Assembly: GCF_009914755.1 (NCBI RefSeq)
Contig: NC_060928.1
Strand: one strand, 5' to 3'
Length of the DNA: 64,000 nt
Source of the DNA: the human T2T-CHM13v2.0 reference genome, Homo sapiens
The notes beneath the pieces were generated by a model that was not told where the DNA came from, ran no database searches, and was given only the letters and a program-made list of their open reading frames with translations. The translations under genes and the position numbers were made by a program. Positions 1 through 18,581 of the stretch are shown one piece after another (the stretch's first letter is position 1; each line of letters begins with the position of its first letter).

Positions 1-1545
1 TCATTATTACTTGTTCATTCCTCTTTTTCCACTCTCTTTATCCTCTTTTTTTCTGTCATTCACTTCTTAGTTTCCATAGTTTTATATATCATCTAAAAGT
101 TGTTGACTGTCAATTTGTATCTGCATTCTTCATTTTAATAAAAATGTTACTCTGCTGTCTTCTCATTTGCTTTTGTCTCTGATATGAAATCTGGTGTCAT
201 TGTTAAATTCGTTCTTTAGTAGGTACTCTATATATTTTCTATGGCTGTGTTTAGATTGTTCTTTATTACTGGTTTTAACCAATTTGATTATAATGTATCT
301 AGGTATAGTTTTCTTCATGTTTCTTGTGATTGAGTTTATTGAATTCTCAGGTATATAGGTTTTCATGCAATTTGGAAACATTTTTCCATGACTTTTCCTA
401 ATATTCTTTCTGTTCTACTCTCTTTAGGAGACTTCAATTAAAGGCAAATTAGACCACTTGAAGTCATTCCACAGCTCACTAATCCTTTCATTATTTCTTA
501 CTCCTTTTCTTCTTTTGCATAGTTTCTATTGCTATGGCTGTAAGTTCACTAATGTTTTCTTCCATAATGTGTAATCTGCTATTAATCCCATGCAGCACTA
601 TTTTTTTTTTAAATTTCTCACATTGTAATTATCACCTCAACAAGTTTGTTTTTCCCTCAAATTTTCTCTCTATTTAACCTTTTGAACATATGGAATACAG
701 TTTTAAAAAACTGTTTTAACATCCTTGTCTTCTAATTCTAACATCTGTATCTGTCTGAATTTAGACAGGTAATATTGATTATATTGATTGCTGATGGGTC
801 ATTGTAAATTTTAACTTGTTGAGGGTTGGACACATTTTTGTTTCCTGCAAGTATTCTTGAGCTTAGTTCTGGGATATACTCAGTTACTTAGTTCTTGCAA
901 ACAGTTTGATCTTTTCAAATCTTGCTTTGAAGATTTGCTAAATGAGACAAGACAAGTGCTCAGTCCAGGGTTTATTAATCCCCACTACTGAGGGAAGGCC
1001 TTTTGTGTACTCTACCCATTGCCTATAAACAATGAAGTTTTTATTCCGGCTGGTTGGGACAGGCACTATTTCTGGTCCTGTATGAGTTCCAATTATTTTT
1101 CAAGTGGTCCTTTCTCCAGCCTTGGATAATTTCCTCACATACATGAATGGATCTATACTTTGCTAAATACCTGAGGGGAACCCTATGTGGATCTCTGGAA
1201 TTCTCTTTCTGTGTACTCTCTCCTCTCTGCTACTCTGTCCTGTGAACTCCGCCTCCTTGGCCTCCCAGCACTCTCCACTCCATCTCCTCAACTCAGAATC
1301 TTCCAGGCTTTACTTGGGTTCCTCTTTCCTGTGTCAGAGCATGTAAACTCTCTCAAGGAAGTAACCCAGGGCAATTGTACACCTCATCCCATTGGTTTCT
1401 TTCCTCAGTTTCACTGTCCTTTGTTTGCCTGGTGTCAAGTGTCTTAAAAACTGTTGTTTCATATATTTTTTTCGATTTGTTCATTGTTTGAGGTTAGAGG
1501 ATAAGTCCAGCCCCTATTGCTCCATGGTGACTGGAGGGAGGCCAG
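1..1545 (-). mobile_element. Ancient L1M (L1MD/L1ME-type) 5' region with ORF1 remnant
   Basis: ORF 163..381(-) contains KTIPRYIIIKLVKTSNKE, resembling the L1 ORF1p TPRHIIIKL..K motif. Sequence near 1500-1545 resembles the old L1M 5' terminus also seen at ~23460-23505. Confidence 0.7.
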
Positions 1546-1699
1546 TCTCCAATTTTGGCCTTTTTCTTCAACAGCAACTACCCACTCAACATTAAAACTT
1601 GACTGTCTAACATTCTACATTATTGTGCACACAATTGAATTCTTTTTATCTGCAAAAGCTGCTTTTAAATTCTCCACTGTGCTCTGGTCATTCAAGCCA

Positions 1700-2905
1700 A
1701 AATTTATAATCATCCTCTTTTATTTCTCTTTTATGCCCCATAGCCTATCCATCATCGAATACCATGAACTCCACCTTCCAGATACATTCCAAATCCAACG
1801 TCTTTATACCTTAACTGATACCACTTTACTCCAAGAAAACATCAGATTACTGCAATAGCTCAGTGTCAGCCCGGGATCTGGCAGGGTTAAAAGATAGTAC
1901 ACACAAACTGATGAATTAGAGAGAGAAGCTAAGGAGATTATTTGAAAAGGTGAAGGTAGGGTTAGGGAAACCAATAAAGAAATGTTCTATCAATAGGAAG
2001 TGATTTTCACCCAAAACCCTGAAGGGACAAAGGGAGCGAGCAGATACCAAAATTCAGGGAAATTAGGGGCTGACAGCGGCTGTGGCCTTGGTAGGGAGAT
2101 GCAGCCAACCCTCAGCAACCTAGCAGGGAGGGAGCAGGGAGGCTTAACGCACCAGCCACATTCTCTTCTCAGTGTTCTGCTGGCTGCTCCCATGAGCTGA
2201 AGTCAAGGAAACTCGGACATAGCACAGAAAGGTCAGATTCTAGGGACCCAGAGTGGAGACAGGTACAGAGAGGGTCTGGAGGAGCAAACAGAAGTTCCTG
2301 AGCCCAGGCCCCCAAGCAGCCTCCTTATTCTATGCAAGCCTCCTACAGGCTGTTTATAGCAGCCACAGGAACCCTTTGAAGATATAAATCTATTTACATC
2401 ATTCTAGTGCTTAAAACGCTGAAATGGCTTTCCTTGACACTTGGAATAAAATTTAAAATCCTTGCTCTAAAGTTCTTCCATGATCTCATCCTTGGCTACT
2501 TTTCCAGTGCAATCTCTAATTACTCTTCCCATCTCTTATTCTGCTTCAGCTACAATGGCCTTCCTGCTGTTCCTCAATACTCCAAATTCCTGCCTGTCTT
2601 GCACTTGCTGTTCTGGCTAGTGGAAAGCTCTTTCCCATCCCCTCATTTTATTTGAGTTTTTGAGAGGGCTTCTCAGATTGACCCCCCTAAAATAGTAGGT
2701 TTTATTATTCTACAGCTCCTCATCCTTTTTTATTTTATATTTCTTCACTTATGACCACCTGTTTATTATCCCCCTTCCTCCATTAGAATATAAGCTCCAT
2801 GAAAGTAAGAGCTTTGCCTGTATAGTGGCTATTGTGTCCCTGTAGTTACAACAGAGGTTGTCACATTAAAAATATGCAAACATTAATTGAATAAGTAAAG
2901 GAATA
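1700..2905 (+). mobile_element. L2 LINE 3' fragments, interrupted by an old MaLR LTR at ~1864-2290
   Basis: L2-like tracts gcttaaaacgctgaaatggctttcc..gaataaaatttaaaatcctt and 3' end tagaatataagctccatga...attgaataagtaaaggaat. Confidence 0.65.
1864..2290. mobile_element. Old MaLR LTR (MLT1N/M/O-like)
   Basis: ggatctggcagg...cacacaaactg...aaggtgaaggtagggttagggaaaccaataaag resembles recalled old MLT1 consensus. Confidence 0.45.
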
Positions 2906-3023
2906 TCAGGTAATTATCTTCTTTTCCTAATCCAAAGAAACTGTCTTAAAGTCCCTCCTAATTTTTGCATCTTATTGTGTAACACTGTCATTTCATTTCA
3001 TTTCCGTAGGCTTTCAGAGATTG

Positions 3024-3470
3024 TGTATTAGTTTGCTGCGGCTGTTGTAATAAAGTGGCCCCGTCTGAGTGGCTTAAACAACAGAAACTATTTTACCACA
3101 ATTCTGGAGGCTAGAAGCCTGAGAGGAAGGAATCATAAGCATTGGTTCCCTCTGAAGACTGTAAGAAAAAATATGTCCCCTGCCTTTGCCCCAGCTTCTG
3201 GTGGTTTTCTAGAAATCTTTGGTATCTCTTGGCTCTCTCCTTATCTTCAGATGGCACTCTCCTTGTGTGCATGTCTGTCTCCAAATTTCTCCTCTTAACA
3301 AGAACACTAGTCATAGCTGATTAGGGGCCCACCTGATCCAATGTGACCTCATCTTGACTTAACTACTGATATCCTCAATGACTCATTTCCAAATAAAGTC
3401 ACATTCTGAGGTACTGGGGGTTAGGACCTCAGCATATGAATATTGGAAAAATGCAATTCAACTCATAACA
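3024..3470 (-). mobile_element. MaLR solo LTR (MLT1B/C)
   Basis: tgtattagttt...gtggcttaaacaacagaaa...ttctggaggctagaag...aaataaagtcacattctgaggtactgggggttaggac...caattcaactcataaca; TG..CA termini. Confidence 0.85.
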
Positions 3471-3544
3471 ATTAATAAGCTTGTCATATGAATCAAATAA
3501 ATGACAATATGTAAGCATAAATAATTAAAATAATATTTTAAATG

Positions 3545-5040
3545 TTTTAATAATTTATTTTGAAGTAATTTCATAAGTAATTTCATATTTTCTGAAAAGT
3601 TGCAACAACAGAACAAAAAACTCCTGTATCTCTTTCAGTCTTACTCTTCTGTAAACATTTTGTTGTATTCATCACATTTTCTCTCTCTCTTTGTTTCTCC
3701 TTCCTTTTCTTCTCCCTCCCTCCTCCCCCCACCCCCACTCCCCCATATACTATTCCTTTGCTGAACTATTCAAGAGCAAGTTGCAGTGTTAATACCCCAT
3801 TTTCCCTTAAAAACAGCAGTATGTAAATCTCCAAAACAAGGTGTTGAGAGTTGGCAGACACCTACATAACCACACTGCAACCACCCAAATCAGTAAATCA
3901 ATATTAATGCAACAATAACATCTAGTCAATGAAGCATATTAAATTTTTTCCAAGTACCTCAACAAGGTCTCTTTTTCCATTCTGGCTCAAGATTCAGTTC
4001 AGAATCACATATTGCCTTTAGTTGTCATGTGTATTTTATCTCTTTTAATGTGCAACTGTTTCTTCATCTTTCCTTGTCTTTTAGGATCTTGACAGTTTGG
4101 TTCTGTGAGCTGTCCTTCAATTTGTCTGCTGGATTCTTCTTTGTGTCCAGTCTCAAGCTGTGCATTCCTGTAGGAATACCATAGAAATGATGCTGAGCTC
4201 ATCTCAGTGAATCCATATCAGGGCCACATGGAGTTGATCTGTCCCACAGCCGATGATGTTAACGTTGATCACATCCAAGTGGATGTTTGTCAGATTTCTT
4301 CACCTTAAAGTCCCCGTGTTTCCTTTTGTAACTGAAAAGTATTTTGAAGAGAAATACTCCGAGACTATCAACATCCTGCTCCTCATCAAACCTCTAGCTT
4401 CCAGCCTAAGCATCTGTTGGAAGACTACCACCTGGATCAACAACCACTGATGTGGTATACTCTGTTTCCATTATTTCTTCCACCCTTACTATTTGGTATA
4501 CTAATTTAAGGAAAATTCATGTAAATTTCTTTCTTCATTTATTTTTTAAGGCCAGAATATTCTTCGAGATTTCTATCTTATTCAAAGGGCTGCAATCTGT
4601 TTCTATAATTATTTATTTTGATGCTCAAATTTTCCAAAATTTGTCAGTGACAGGCTCTTGCTGGGCTCCTGTGTCCTTCTGACATGTCCCTTTCATTCTT
4701 TGAGCACTTCCTTACATTTTGCCACAAAAAAGATGTTATAGGTGTATCTTGTACTTTCCTTGTCCTAGCCCTGAATCAGCCATTTTTCTGAGGCCTCCTT
4801 GTTTGTTTTAGTGGAAGAAGGTTTCTAGGAGTCATGATCTGGGCCCTCACTATGCTTATTGCTTCTGGAGTTGCTCAGAGGCCCTCTCAGAAACAGAACT
4901 AGAAAATAAATATCTGGGAATATACATAATTATACATGTCACACACATACATGAATGCACACACATTTTTATGTCTACTCCTACCTTTCCCAGATTTGCA
5001 AATCCCTTCTCCAATAGTGAGAAACTCTGCTCTCATCACC
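3545..5040 (-). mobile_element. Ancient L1 (L1MC/L1ME) 3' UTR
   Basis: Typical L1MC/ME 3' motifs, e.g. attttgatgctcaaattttccaaaatttg...ctcctgtgtccttctgacatgtccc and ccctgaatcagccatttt. Confidence 0.7.
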
Positions 5041-6094
5041 CTCCATGCCTCCTCCTCTGCTCAGGGCCCATGTGTGACCCTCCCTGCAGGCCAGCAACTT
5101 TGCCCTGACTCTGCTGCTCTCTCCTCAGCTCCTGGCTTGACACATGTCCTGGGCTGCTGCCACCCCAGCTTCTAGTCATGGAGGTATGGAAAGGGAATAG
5201 AAAGACAAAAAAAGAGGAAGAGCAACAAATAGCATTAGATCTCTGGAAGTGCTGAATAACTCTTGTGTTCACATTCATTTTCTAGCCTTCCTCTTGCTCC
5301 ATCTGTGTTTGACACTTTGTGTATCTTCACTTAACAGGCAGTGAATCAAAACTCACTTCAGTGTGCTGACCAGTAAGTATGTAATGTATTCATCTGCATG
5401 GTACAGGTGGGAGTGAACAAAACACACTTGTTTTCAGACTGTTTACCATTGAGTAAGGAAGATAATACACGTGCCCGAATCTGTTTTGTCAAACAAGTTG
5501 TACTTGTTAGAGTATAATATGAGTGTCATATAAAAGCAGCCTTGTTCCTGTCTCCTTCTCCCTGCTTGATTCTGTGTTGAGGACTCTCCCGTGTAACATG
5601 TTTGCACATTCTGAGAACATCTCTCACTCACTGCCCCGACTGCGTCTGCCATGAGTTAAGCCATGCTGGTCCTCCCACCGGCAATCTCCATTATCGTCTC
5701 ACAACTTCTAGGCTTTTATGTTTCATCTCATTTTAGGGGTCTTTTGCCTCTCAAGTCATTCTTGAGTGGGATTCTTTTTAAAACAAACTCAGTTTTGATG
5801 GACTCAAGACCTTTCACAAAGCCCGCTTCTGGTGTTGGGAAGGCACCCACCTTTGCCCTGCCGTCTGTGCATGTGATGCACTCATTCTCAACTTGGCTCT
5901 GTTAAGTCTGTGCTCAGGAAGGAGCAGCTTCCATCACACCTCCAGCCCGAGCTTCTTTAGGGCTTACTACATGCCAGTTGTGATGTCACTTAAACTCCAG
6001 GGGCCTATATCAAGCTCACGTGGCTCTCTGAGGCCCCTCTAGCTTAATTTCAGATGAGATCAAAGCAACCTCCTTTGATCTCTCAGCACACTAA

Positions 6095-6245
6095 TACTAA
6101 GGGGTGCATTTGGGGTAATAGTGACACTTTTTCTTAATCTGGATAATGGTTCCTTAGTATGTCCGTTTTTGGGATAATTCATTGAGCTGCATATTCATGA
6201 TGTGTGCAGATTTCACTATGTGGGCTCTACTTCATTAAAGAGCAA
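6095..6245 (+). mobile_element. L1ME 3' end fragment
   Basis: ttcttaatctggataatggt...aattcattgagctgcatatt...tacttcattaaag. Confidence 0.55.
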
Positions 6246-6434
6246 TTATTACAAATGTATTCAGAAGATAAGTTGAATAATTTACATTTTGAATTGGTAT
6301 AGATTCCCCTCCTACTTTTTAATTATAGCTGAATAAGGGCACCTCATCAAATTCAACATTCCATCCAAATTTGGACTGAGTGTCCACTTACCCTTCTAGT
6401 ACCTCCAGGTTCATTCTTGGCATGCCTAGCTCCA

Positions 6435-7289
<855 letters not shown>

Positions 7290-7614
7290 TAATCCTGGAG
7301 GTTCTTGGGAACTGTGTGCAAAACTGAGCATAACACACTCAGCAAGTGTTTATTGTTGATGATGGTGATCAACATAATAGGATGATGAACATATTCAAGG
7401 AGTTTACATTTTCTGAAAGAGAAAATAAAATATAGGAAATACATGAATGGAGTATAAAATACATTTTCACTTGAGCTTTTCAGGAAATTTTTTACCCTTG
7501 CTAGATGGAAAATATTTACATAATATCAATAAGCATTCTTCGACTGCCCAGGAGTTTGGGGGCAGCGTTCCCTTCCAATTTCTCATTGGACTGTATTTCA
7601 TTTTCAAGTTCAGC

Positions 7615-7725
7615 TCTTTATTGAATACCTATGACATGCAAGATGCTTATGATAGATTATTTTTAATCCTCACAACAGTTTTGCAAGTTAAGTATTATTA
7701 TGCACATTTTATAGATGAGTAAACT
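7615..7725 (-). mobile_element. MIR fragment
   Basis: ttaatcctcacaac...tattattatgcacattttatagatgagtaaact (MIR core). Confidence 0.7.
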
Positions 7726-7829
7726 CTATTTGTTATCTATTGCTGTGTTACAAATTACTACAAAACTTAGTGGCTTAAAACAAAAAACATCTATTACCTC
7801 ATAGTCAAGACAAGACAAGGCAAGAGATA

Positions 7830-8155
7830 ATGCAATGCTGGCCTCGTCTGGAAGTGGCAAACTCAAGATATATTTTGCAGGTAGTATGAGCAAGACTTTT
7901 TGAGAAAGATTAGAAATGGGATGGGTATGAAAGAGAAAGAGATAAAATATAATTCGTAAGTCTGCCCTTAACAACTAGGTGCCATTTACTAAAATGGAGA
8001 AGAATGAGATAAAAATAGGTTGGGTGGAGAGAAGGAGAGTTTTATTTTGGACATATTAAGTTTGAAGCACCTGTAAGACACCAAATGGAGACATCAAGGA
8101 TGAAATAGGCCTTACAGTTGTGGAGTTCAGAGGAGAGACCTCTTCTAGACATCAC
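7830..8155 (-). mobile_element. L2 fragment
   Basis: ttttggacatattaagtttgaagcacctgtaagacaccaaatggag...ggagttcagaggagag. Confidence 0.7.
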
Positions 8156-11100
8156 CCTAGGTGAAATAGTAAAGTAATTAGTGGCTAAGGCTTGAGTCCT
8201 CAATCTCAATGCAATTTGATAGTGAGCTAATCTAGATACGGGCAGAAGACTAGCAAGAGACAAGAGAAAGGGCAGGCTGGAAAGTTTCCTCCCAATGTCT
8301 AGTTCAGAGCTGGCTCAATTTCTTGTCTTAGGCTTTATTAGTATCATCATCATTATTGTTTGTGGAGGATGGTGCAGGAGGAATGCATCTCTGAGGTGGT
8401 GAGAAATTAACAGAATGCATCCAGAGAGAAGAGCACCCAGATTCCAAGAACTGTCCATCTGAGGGCTTCAGAGAGCATCAGGACAAGGTTTACTTTGAAA
8501 TACAGTGATGGAAATTATTCCCAAGAAGAACAACTATGAGGCCTTGCAGCATAGGAGACGGAATTTATAGAGAGAGCAAAGGAAAGAAAGACTGTCTTTT
8601 CCCCCAATTCCATGCTATTGATCTTTGAGCATCTTTCTCCACATAGTGAAAGCCTCCAGCCACTAATACTGTCCCTAGCGAAAAAGCATCCTTTATTCTG
8701 AGCAATTCAGGGCAGGATTCATCCTTCTTGTGACTGGAGAGAACAGGGAGACAAGCCTTGCATTTCCCTTTCCTTGAGGTCCTTTGAGTCTGTGGGCTGG
8801 CTGAGAATATCCAGCTTGTTCTGGTCAGAGAGGGGCAGTCCAGCCTCGTCTGACCACAAGCCCCCAGGGAAGGGAAGGAAGGAGCAGGCATTTATGACAC
8901 AGGTCCCTGAGGGCCAGCTCCCAGTGACCACCTGTGTTCTAGAAAACATTTCATTTTCTATCAGCCTAGATCCTGGCTGTGAACTTCTCTAATTCACTAT
9001 CCCGGCTTGAACTTCATGCAGTTACAATTGCTAAATGCCCTTTCTTAACTACAGTAGCACTCATACTATGACAAAATGAAGACTGCTAAGGCATTTGAGG
9101 CTTGGTTGCTTTTAGATTTCAATCAGCTCTAGCTGTCTTTCCTCAGTGGCACTTGAGCTTAGATTTTTTTAAAAAGACACAGTAGAGAATGTGGTTTTTA
9201 TGTACTACGAAGGAGTAAAATTGCATAAAACTACAAATGCAGTTTCAAGCTTACCCCCTTCCATTCGTTTAAAATGAAGGAGAGGGGGATGTTAATTGAA
9301 CCCTGTTGATGCTGATTACATCTTCACACATACTAATTTTTTTCTTTTGCAAAGAAATGACTTTCTAAAATTGAAGTACAGCTTCAGTTAAACTAGTAGA
9401 CTGTGAATTATATTTATAAGCATGGTCAGTGAGGTCAGCATGTTCATCTCACTAAGAATCCAAGAACCAGAGATCCTACAAACATGGCCAGCACGTATCA
9501 AAAACTGCTCTGGCTATTAGTTGACAGTGATAAAACCTCTCCAGGCAGGGCTTTTTTTTGTCACCATCTTGCGTCTCACTCCTTCTTTTACCCTGATGAA
9601 TGTTGTAATTGTATCATTTCATCATCTCTTGACATTTTGCATCTTTTTCCATTCCTGGCCAGTGCACTAATCAAATTCAGCCTTGAAATTGCCCTGCTGT
9701 TGGCATAGAGCTCCCACAAACTAGTTGCTTGTATTTTAATTTAGTTTTGAAGTGACTATAGGTGTCTATTTTACTGGTAAAACTATTCAAAAATAATACC
9801 GGCTGTTTTTGTCTTGCTAATTCTTTTCTTCAAAGTTTGGTGTGTGTCTTTAAGTTCCCTGAGAGGCCCCTTTGGTTACAGCACTTTTCTCCTAAGAAAG
9901 GCAAGATTTAGGCCATCATCATGGTTCAGATTTAAAAAATCTCAATCTGGTCGTGTACTTTGATTTACTTCTTCCGTCTGGACTCACACTCTGTTCTCAC
10001 CAGATACCCTGAACAGTCTTTCAAATTCATCAACAGCTTTTCCCATTGAGTGGTTCTTTATATAGCCTTTTATGGGACCAGAGCTGTCAATGTTTCTCTG
10101 GAATATTTGCTTTGCAAAGATTTTTTCAAAGATTACCTGCTGGATATCCTTGAAGTGGTTTACTGATGAGGGAAAGTAATGGCAGCAGATTGTCCAATCC
10201 CCATGGTGTCCTCCATAATCAAAGTTGGCAGTGCAAATACAGGGCCTGTCTGTTTTTCCACTTGTGAGAAACCTTTTACAGACAGGCTGTAAACAGCTTG
10301 GGCGGTATTGGCATGACACTGTCTAACTTTTCTGCCTACTCTTTTTAGATTTTCTGCTCGTTACTTTGCTCACGTGTAGTCGTGTGTCTAAATATGTTAC
10401 CCAAGGCCTTGGAAGATGGTATTTATTCAACTTTTACGTCGTGAGTTTCAAAAATTTAGGTAAAATTTGCATGCAGAGAAATATACATATCTTCGATGTA
10501 TAATTCAATGAACTTTGACAAATTAAACACCTTAGTCAAGATATAAAACAATTTCATTACCCCAGATAGTTTCCACTATTTTTATCCAATAACTCCCCAC
10601 ACCTCATAAGCTACTCCTGTTTTGATTTTTATCTTCATATTCTTGAACTTTACATAAGTCTAATCAAACAGCATGTAATCTTTTATGTTTGGCTTCCTTT
10701 GGTCATGACAGTTTTGAGATTCACTGATATTATTTGGTATACTAGTGGTTTATTCTTTTCTTATTGTTGAGAAGCATTCCTTTGTGTGGATATGCCATAA
10801 TTGGCATAATGGATAATTATTTATCCATTGTCCTATGATGGACTTTGGGTTGTTTCCAGTTTGGGGCTATTACAAACAAAGTTATTTCAAGTTTTCTTGT
10901 GGAAGACTCTTTTGGATTTTTGTTTTAAATTCTATTGGGTAAATAAATAAGAGTGTAATTGTTGGGTTGCAGGGTAAGTATATATTTAACTTTTATAATA
11001 AACTGCCAAAGAGTTTTCCAAAGAAATTATAGCATTTATTATTCCTGCCAGCAATGTCTGAGAGGTCCAGTTTGTCCATATTCTCACTAACATTCTGTAT

Positions 11101-11463
11101 CATCTGTCTCACATTTTACCATTTGGAGCAGGTGTGCAGAATGTGATTCTAGTAGATTTTCATTTGCATTTCCCTAATGATGCTGAGAAAATTTTTGTGT
11201 ACTTTTTCACCATTTGTATATTTTCTTTTGCAAAGTGTCTAAGTCTTTTGCCCATTTTTTTTCTGTTTTTCTTCTTCATTTCTATTTGTAGAAATTATTT
11301 GAATATTCTAGATATAAGTACTTTCTCAGACCTATATATGTATTCCCGGTCTGCGGCTTGCCTATTTACTTTCTTAATGGTGTCTTTTGATGAGCTAACG
11401 TTTTACATTTTAATGAAGCTTAATTTATCATTTTTTCTTTTATGCTATTGCTTTTCTTCATAA

Positions 11464-11817
<354 letters not shown>

Positions 11818-11958
11818 GCCTAAAACTTCTTTTTCAGAAGGTTTATAGATTTAGATTTTATTTTAAAATAAATATAACAAAAACAATAAACAAAAACAAA
11901 TCAAAAACAAAATTTGAAAACCCCTTAAATTATGTGAACCCACTGAATTCCTTTAAAA

Positions 11959-12238
11959 ATTTTTAATTATTATAGATACATAAAAGTTGTACATGTCTAT
12001 GGGGCACATGTGATATTTTGATACAAGCATACAATGTGCAATGATCAAATCAGGGTAATTGGGGTATCCATCACCTCAAGCATTTGTCATTTCTTTGTGT
12101 TAGGGATGGTTAATGGGTACAAATTACAGTTAGATAGAAGGAATAAGATCTAATGTTCAGTAGCACAATAGGGCAACTATAGTTAATTATTTATTGTATA
12201 TTTTAAAATAATGAAAAGACTGGAATTAGAATGTTCCT
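11959..12238 (-). mobile_element. Short L1MA 3' UTR insertion with 5' inversion
   Basis: 11959-12104 is the reverse complement of the L1MA 3' terminus; 12103-12238 is the upstream 3' UTR segment in forward orientation. Confidence 0.85.
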
Positions 12239-13050
12239 GAGTTCCCTCTTGAATTAATTATTGGTTATGGTGAAAGGTATGATTTGTGTTTTCCATATGC
12301 TTTATTCATTTTAAAACACCATTTATTAAAAAAACTTATATCCTCATTGGCACCTTTATAAAGGTAGAATTTACTGTAAATCCGTGGGTCTATTTTTGAA
12401 GTCTCTTTACAGTTCCACTAATATATTAGCCTTCCTGTACATCAATACTATACTGTCTTGGTTACTATTACTTTAGAATATATCTTGAAATAAGGCAGTA
12501 TTAATCCCTTAACTTTGCTCTTTTTCAAATTTGTCTTGGCTATTCTAGGATCTTTGAATTTCTATACACATATTAGAATTGGCTTTCAACTCTCTTTAAT
12601 TTAAAAAAATAAAAAGCCTGCTAGGATTTTAATTTTAAAAATAAAACATGGGTATTGGATTTTGTCTAATATTTTTCTGCATCTATCTGAGATGATAATA
12701 TTTTTCCCTCCATTTTGTAAATGCAGCATATTACACTGATTGTTTCAAAGGTTAAACCAACCTTGCATTTTTAGGATTAACCTCACTTATGATTTATTAT
12801 TCTCTTTATATATTGCTGGAATCAATCAATTTGCTGATAATTAGTTTACCAATATTTCTAAGAGATTTTAACCTGCAATTTTCTTTACTTATAATGTTTC
12901 TGTCAGGTTTTGGTATCACAGGTATGCTGGCCTCATTTAAACTAGTTGGAAAATAATCTTTGTTCTAATTTTTGAAAAAATGTGTATCAGAATGGTATTG
13001 TTTCTTGCCTGAGGATTTGATATAACTCACTAATGAAAACATTTATGCTG

Positions 13051-13075
13051 GTGTGTGTGTGTGTGTGTGTGTGTG
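13051..13075. repeat. (GT)12 microsatellite
   Basis: Seen directly. Confidence 0.95.
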
Positions 13076-13734
13076 CATAAAGACATTTGATTAGAAATCT
13101 AATTTCTTTAGTAGTTACAAAACATCTAATTTTCAATATCCTGTATTTTAAATTCTAGTTTATTTAGAAGTGTGGCGTGAATTTCCAGATAGTTGGGCCT
13201 TTATAGAGATGTTAATGTTATTGATATGCAATTGAATTCTACCCTTATCAGACACCATACTGTATGATTTTAATATGTTTAGTTTATTGAGACTAGTTTT
13301 ATGGCCCAGGATATGGCCTATGGAGTATCTTGGTGAATATTTCATGTGTACTTAAAAATAATGTTCTTTCTTTTATTTTGGGGTAGGGTGTTTCATGAAT
13401 GTTAATAAAGTCAAGGCGGTTCACAGTGTTGTTCAAATCTTCTGTAGCCTTGCTGATTTGTATCTACTTGTTCTATCAATTATCGAGAAAAGAGTAGTAA
13501 AATTCCTAACAACGTGTGTTTATTTCTCCCTTTAGTTTCATCAGTTTTTGGTTTTGTATTTAGTGTATGCACATTTATAATATTATGTCTTCCTAAGGAG
13601 GCAACTCTTATCATTTTGAAATGTCTCTCTTTATTTCTTGTAACATACTTTGTCTTGATGCCTGTTATTAACATACCCACATCATCTTCCTTATTCTTGC
13701 TGTTTGTGTTGTATACCTTTTTTGAACTGCATTT

Positions 13735-14099
13735 TGTTATGGGGTGGCATAACATAGATTCAATGTCTTAAACAACAGAAATTTATTTTCTTCAAAATTC
13801 TGGAGGCTGAAAGTCCTAGATCAAGACCTGGCAGAGTTCGTTTTTTGGTAAGGAGGTCTTTTTCTCTGCAGATGGCCTCTTTTTTGCTGTATGCTTACAT
13901 GGTAGGGGGAGATAGATCTCTGATGTCTTTTTCCCTTTATAAGGATACCAGTTCTATTGAATAAGCGCTCTATCCTTATTACCTCATTTAACCTTAGTTA
14001 CCTCCTTAAACACTCTCTTTCCAATATAGTCACATGGTGGGGGAGGGGTTAAGGCTTCAACATATGAATTTTGTGGGGCACACAATTCAGTCCATTGCA
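13735..14099 (-). mobile_element. MaLR solo LTR (MLT1A-like)
   Basis: cttaaacaacagaaatttatt...ttctggaggctgaaagtcc...aggcttcaacatatgaattt...cacaattcagtccattgca. Confidence 0.85.
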
Positions 14100-14692
14100 C
14101 CAACCTTTTATTTTCAACCTATTTATATCTTTATATGTAAAGCATGTAGTTTGCACGTAACATTTGATTGAGTCTTGATCTTTATGCAGTCTGGCAGACT
14201 TTGCTTTTTGAGTGTTTAGTCCAACTATAATAAAATTATTGATATGGCTAGACTTATTTCTACTATGTTTCTAGTTGCTTTCCAATTTTCTAATCTATTT
14301 TCTTTTCCATTTTGTTCTACTCCTGAGATTTAGTTTATGTACATAAAAGATTATTTAGTGGTCTATTTTGATTCCTCTTTTGGCTTTCTAAAGATATGAC
14401 TGTATTTTTTTAGTGATTGCTCTGGAAATTACAATACACATTATTTTTTTCATGTGTTTATTGATTATTTGTATATCTTCTTTTTTTATTATACTTTAAG
14501 TTTTAGGGTACATGTGCACAATGTGCAGGTTTGTTACATATGTGTACATGTGTCATGTTGGTGTACTGCACCCGTTAACTCATCATTTAACATTAGGTAT
14601 GTCTCCTAATGCTATCCCTCCCACCTCCCCCCACCCCACAACAGGCCCCAGTGTGTGATGTTCCCCTTCCTGTGTCCATGTGTTCTCATTGT

Positions 14693-18533
<3,841 letters not shown>

Positions 18534-18581
18534 TTATTTTGCTCGTTAGTTGATGCAGTTTCTTCCTAGCCTCGATGGTCT

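Noticed and set aside
9984-10319. 111-aa minus-strand ORF in unique sequence
   Set aside because: Non-ATG start, no recognisable domain, and no convincing splice or pseudogene hallmarks; length compatible with chance.
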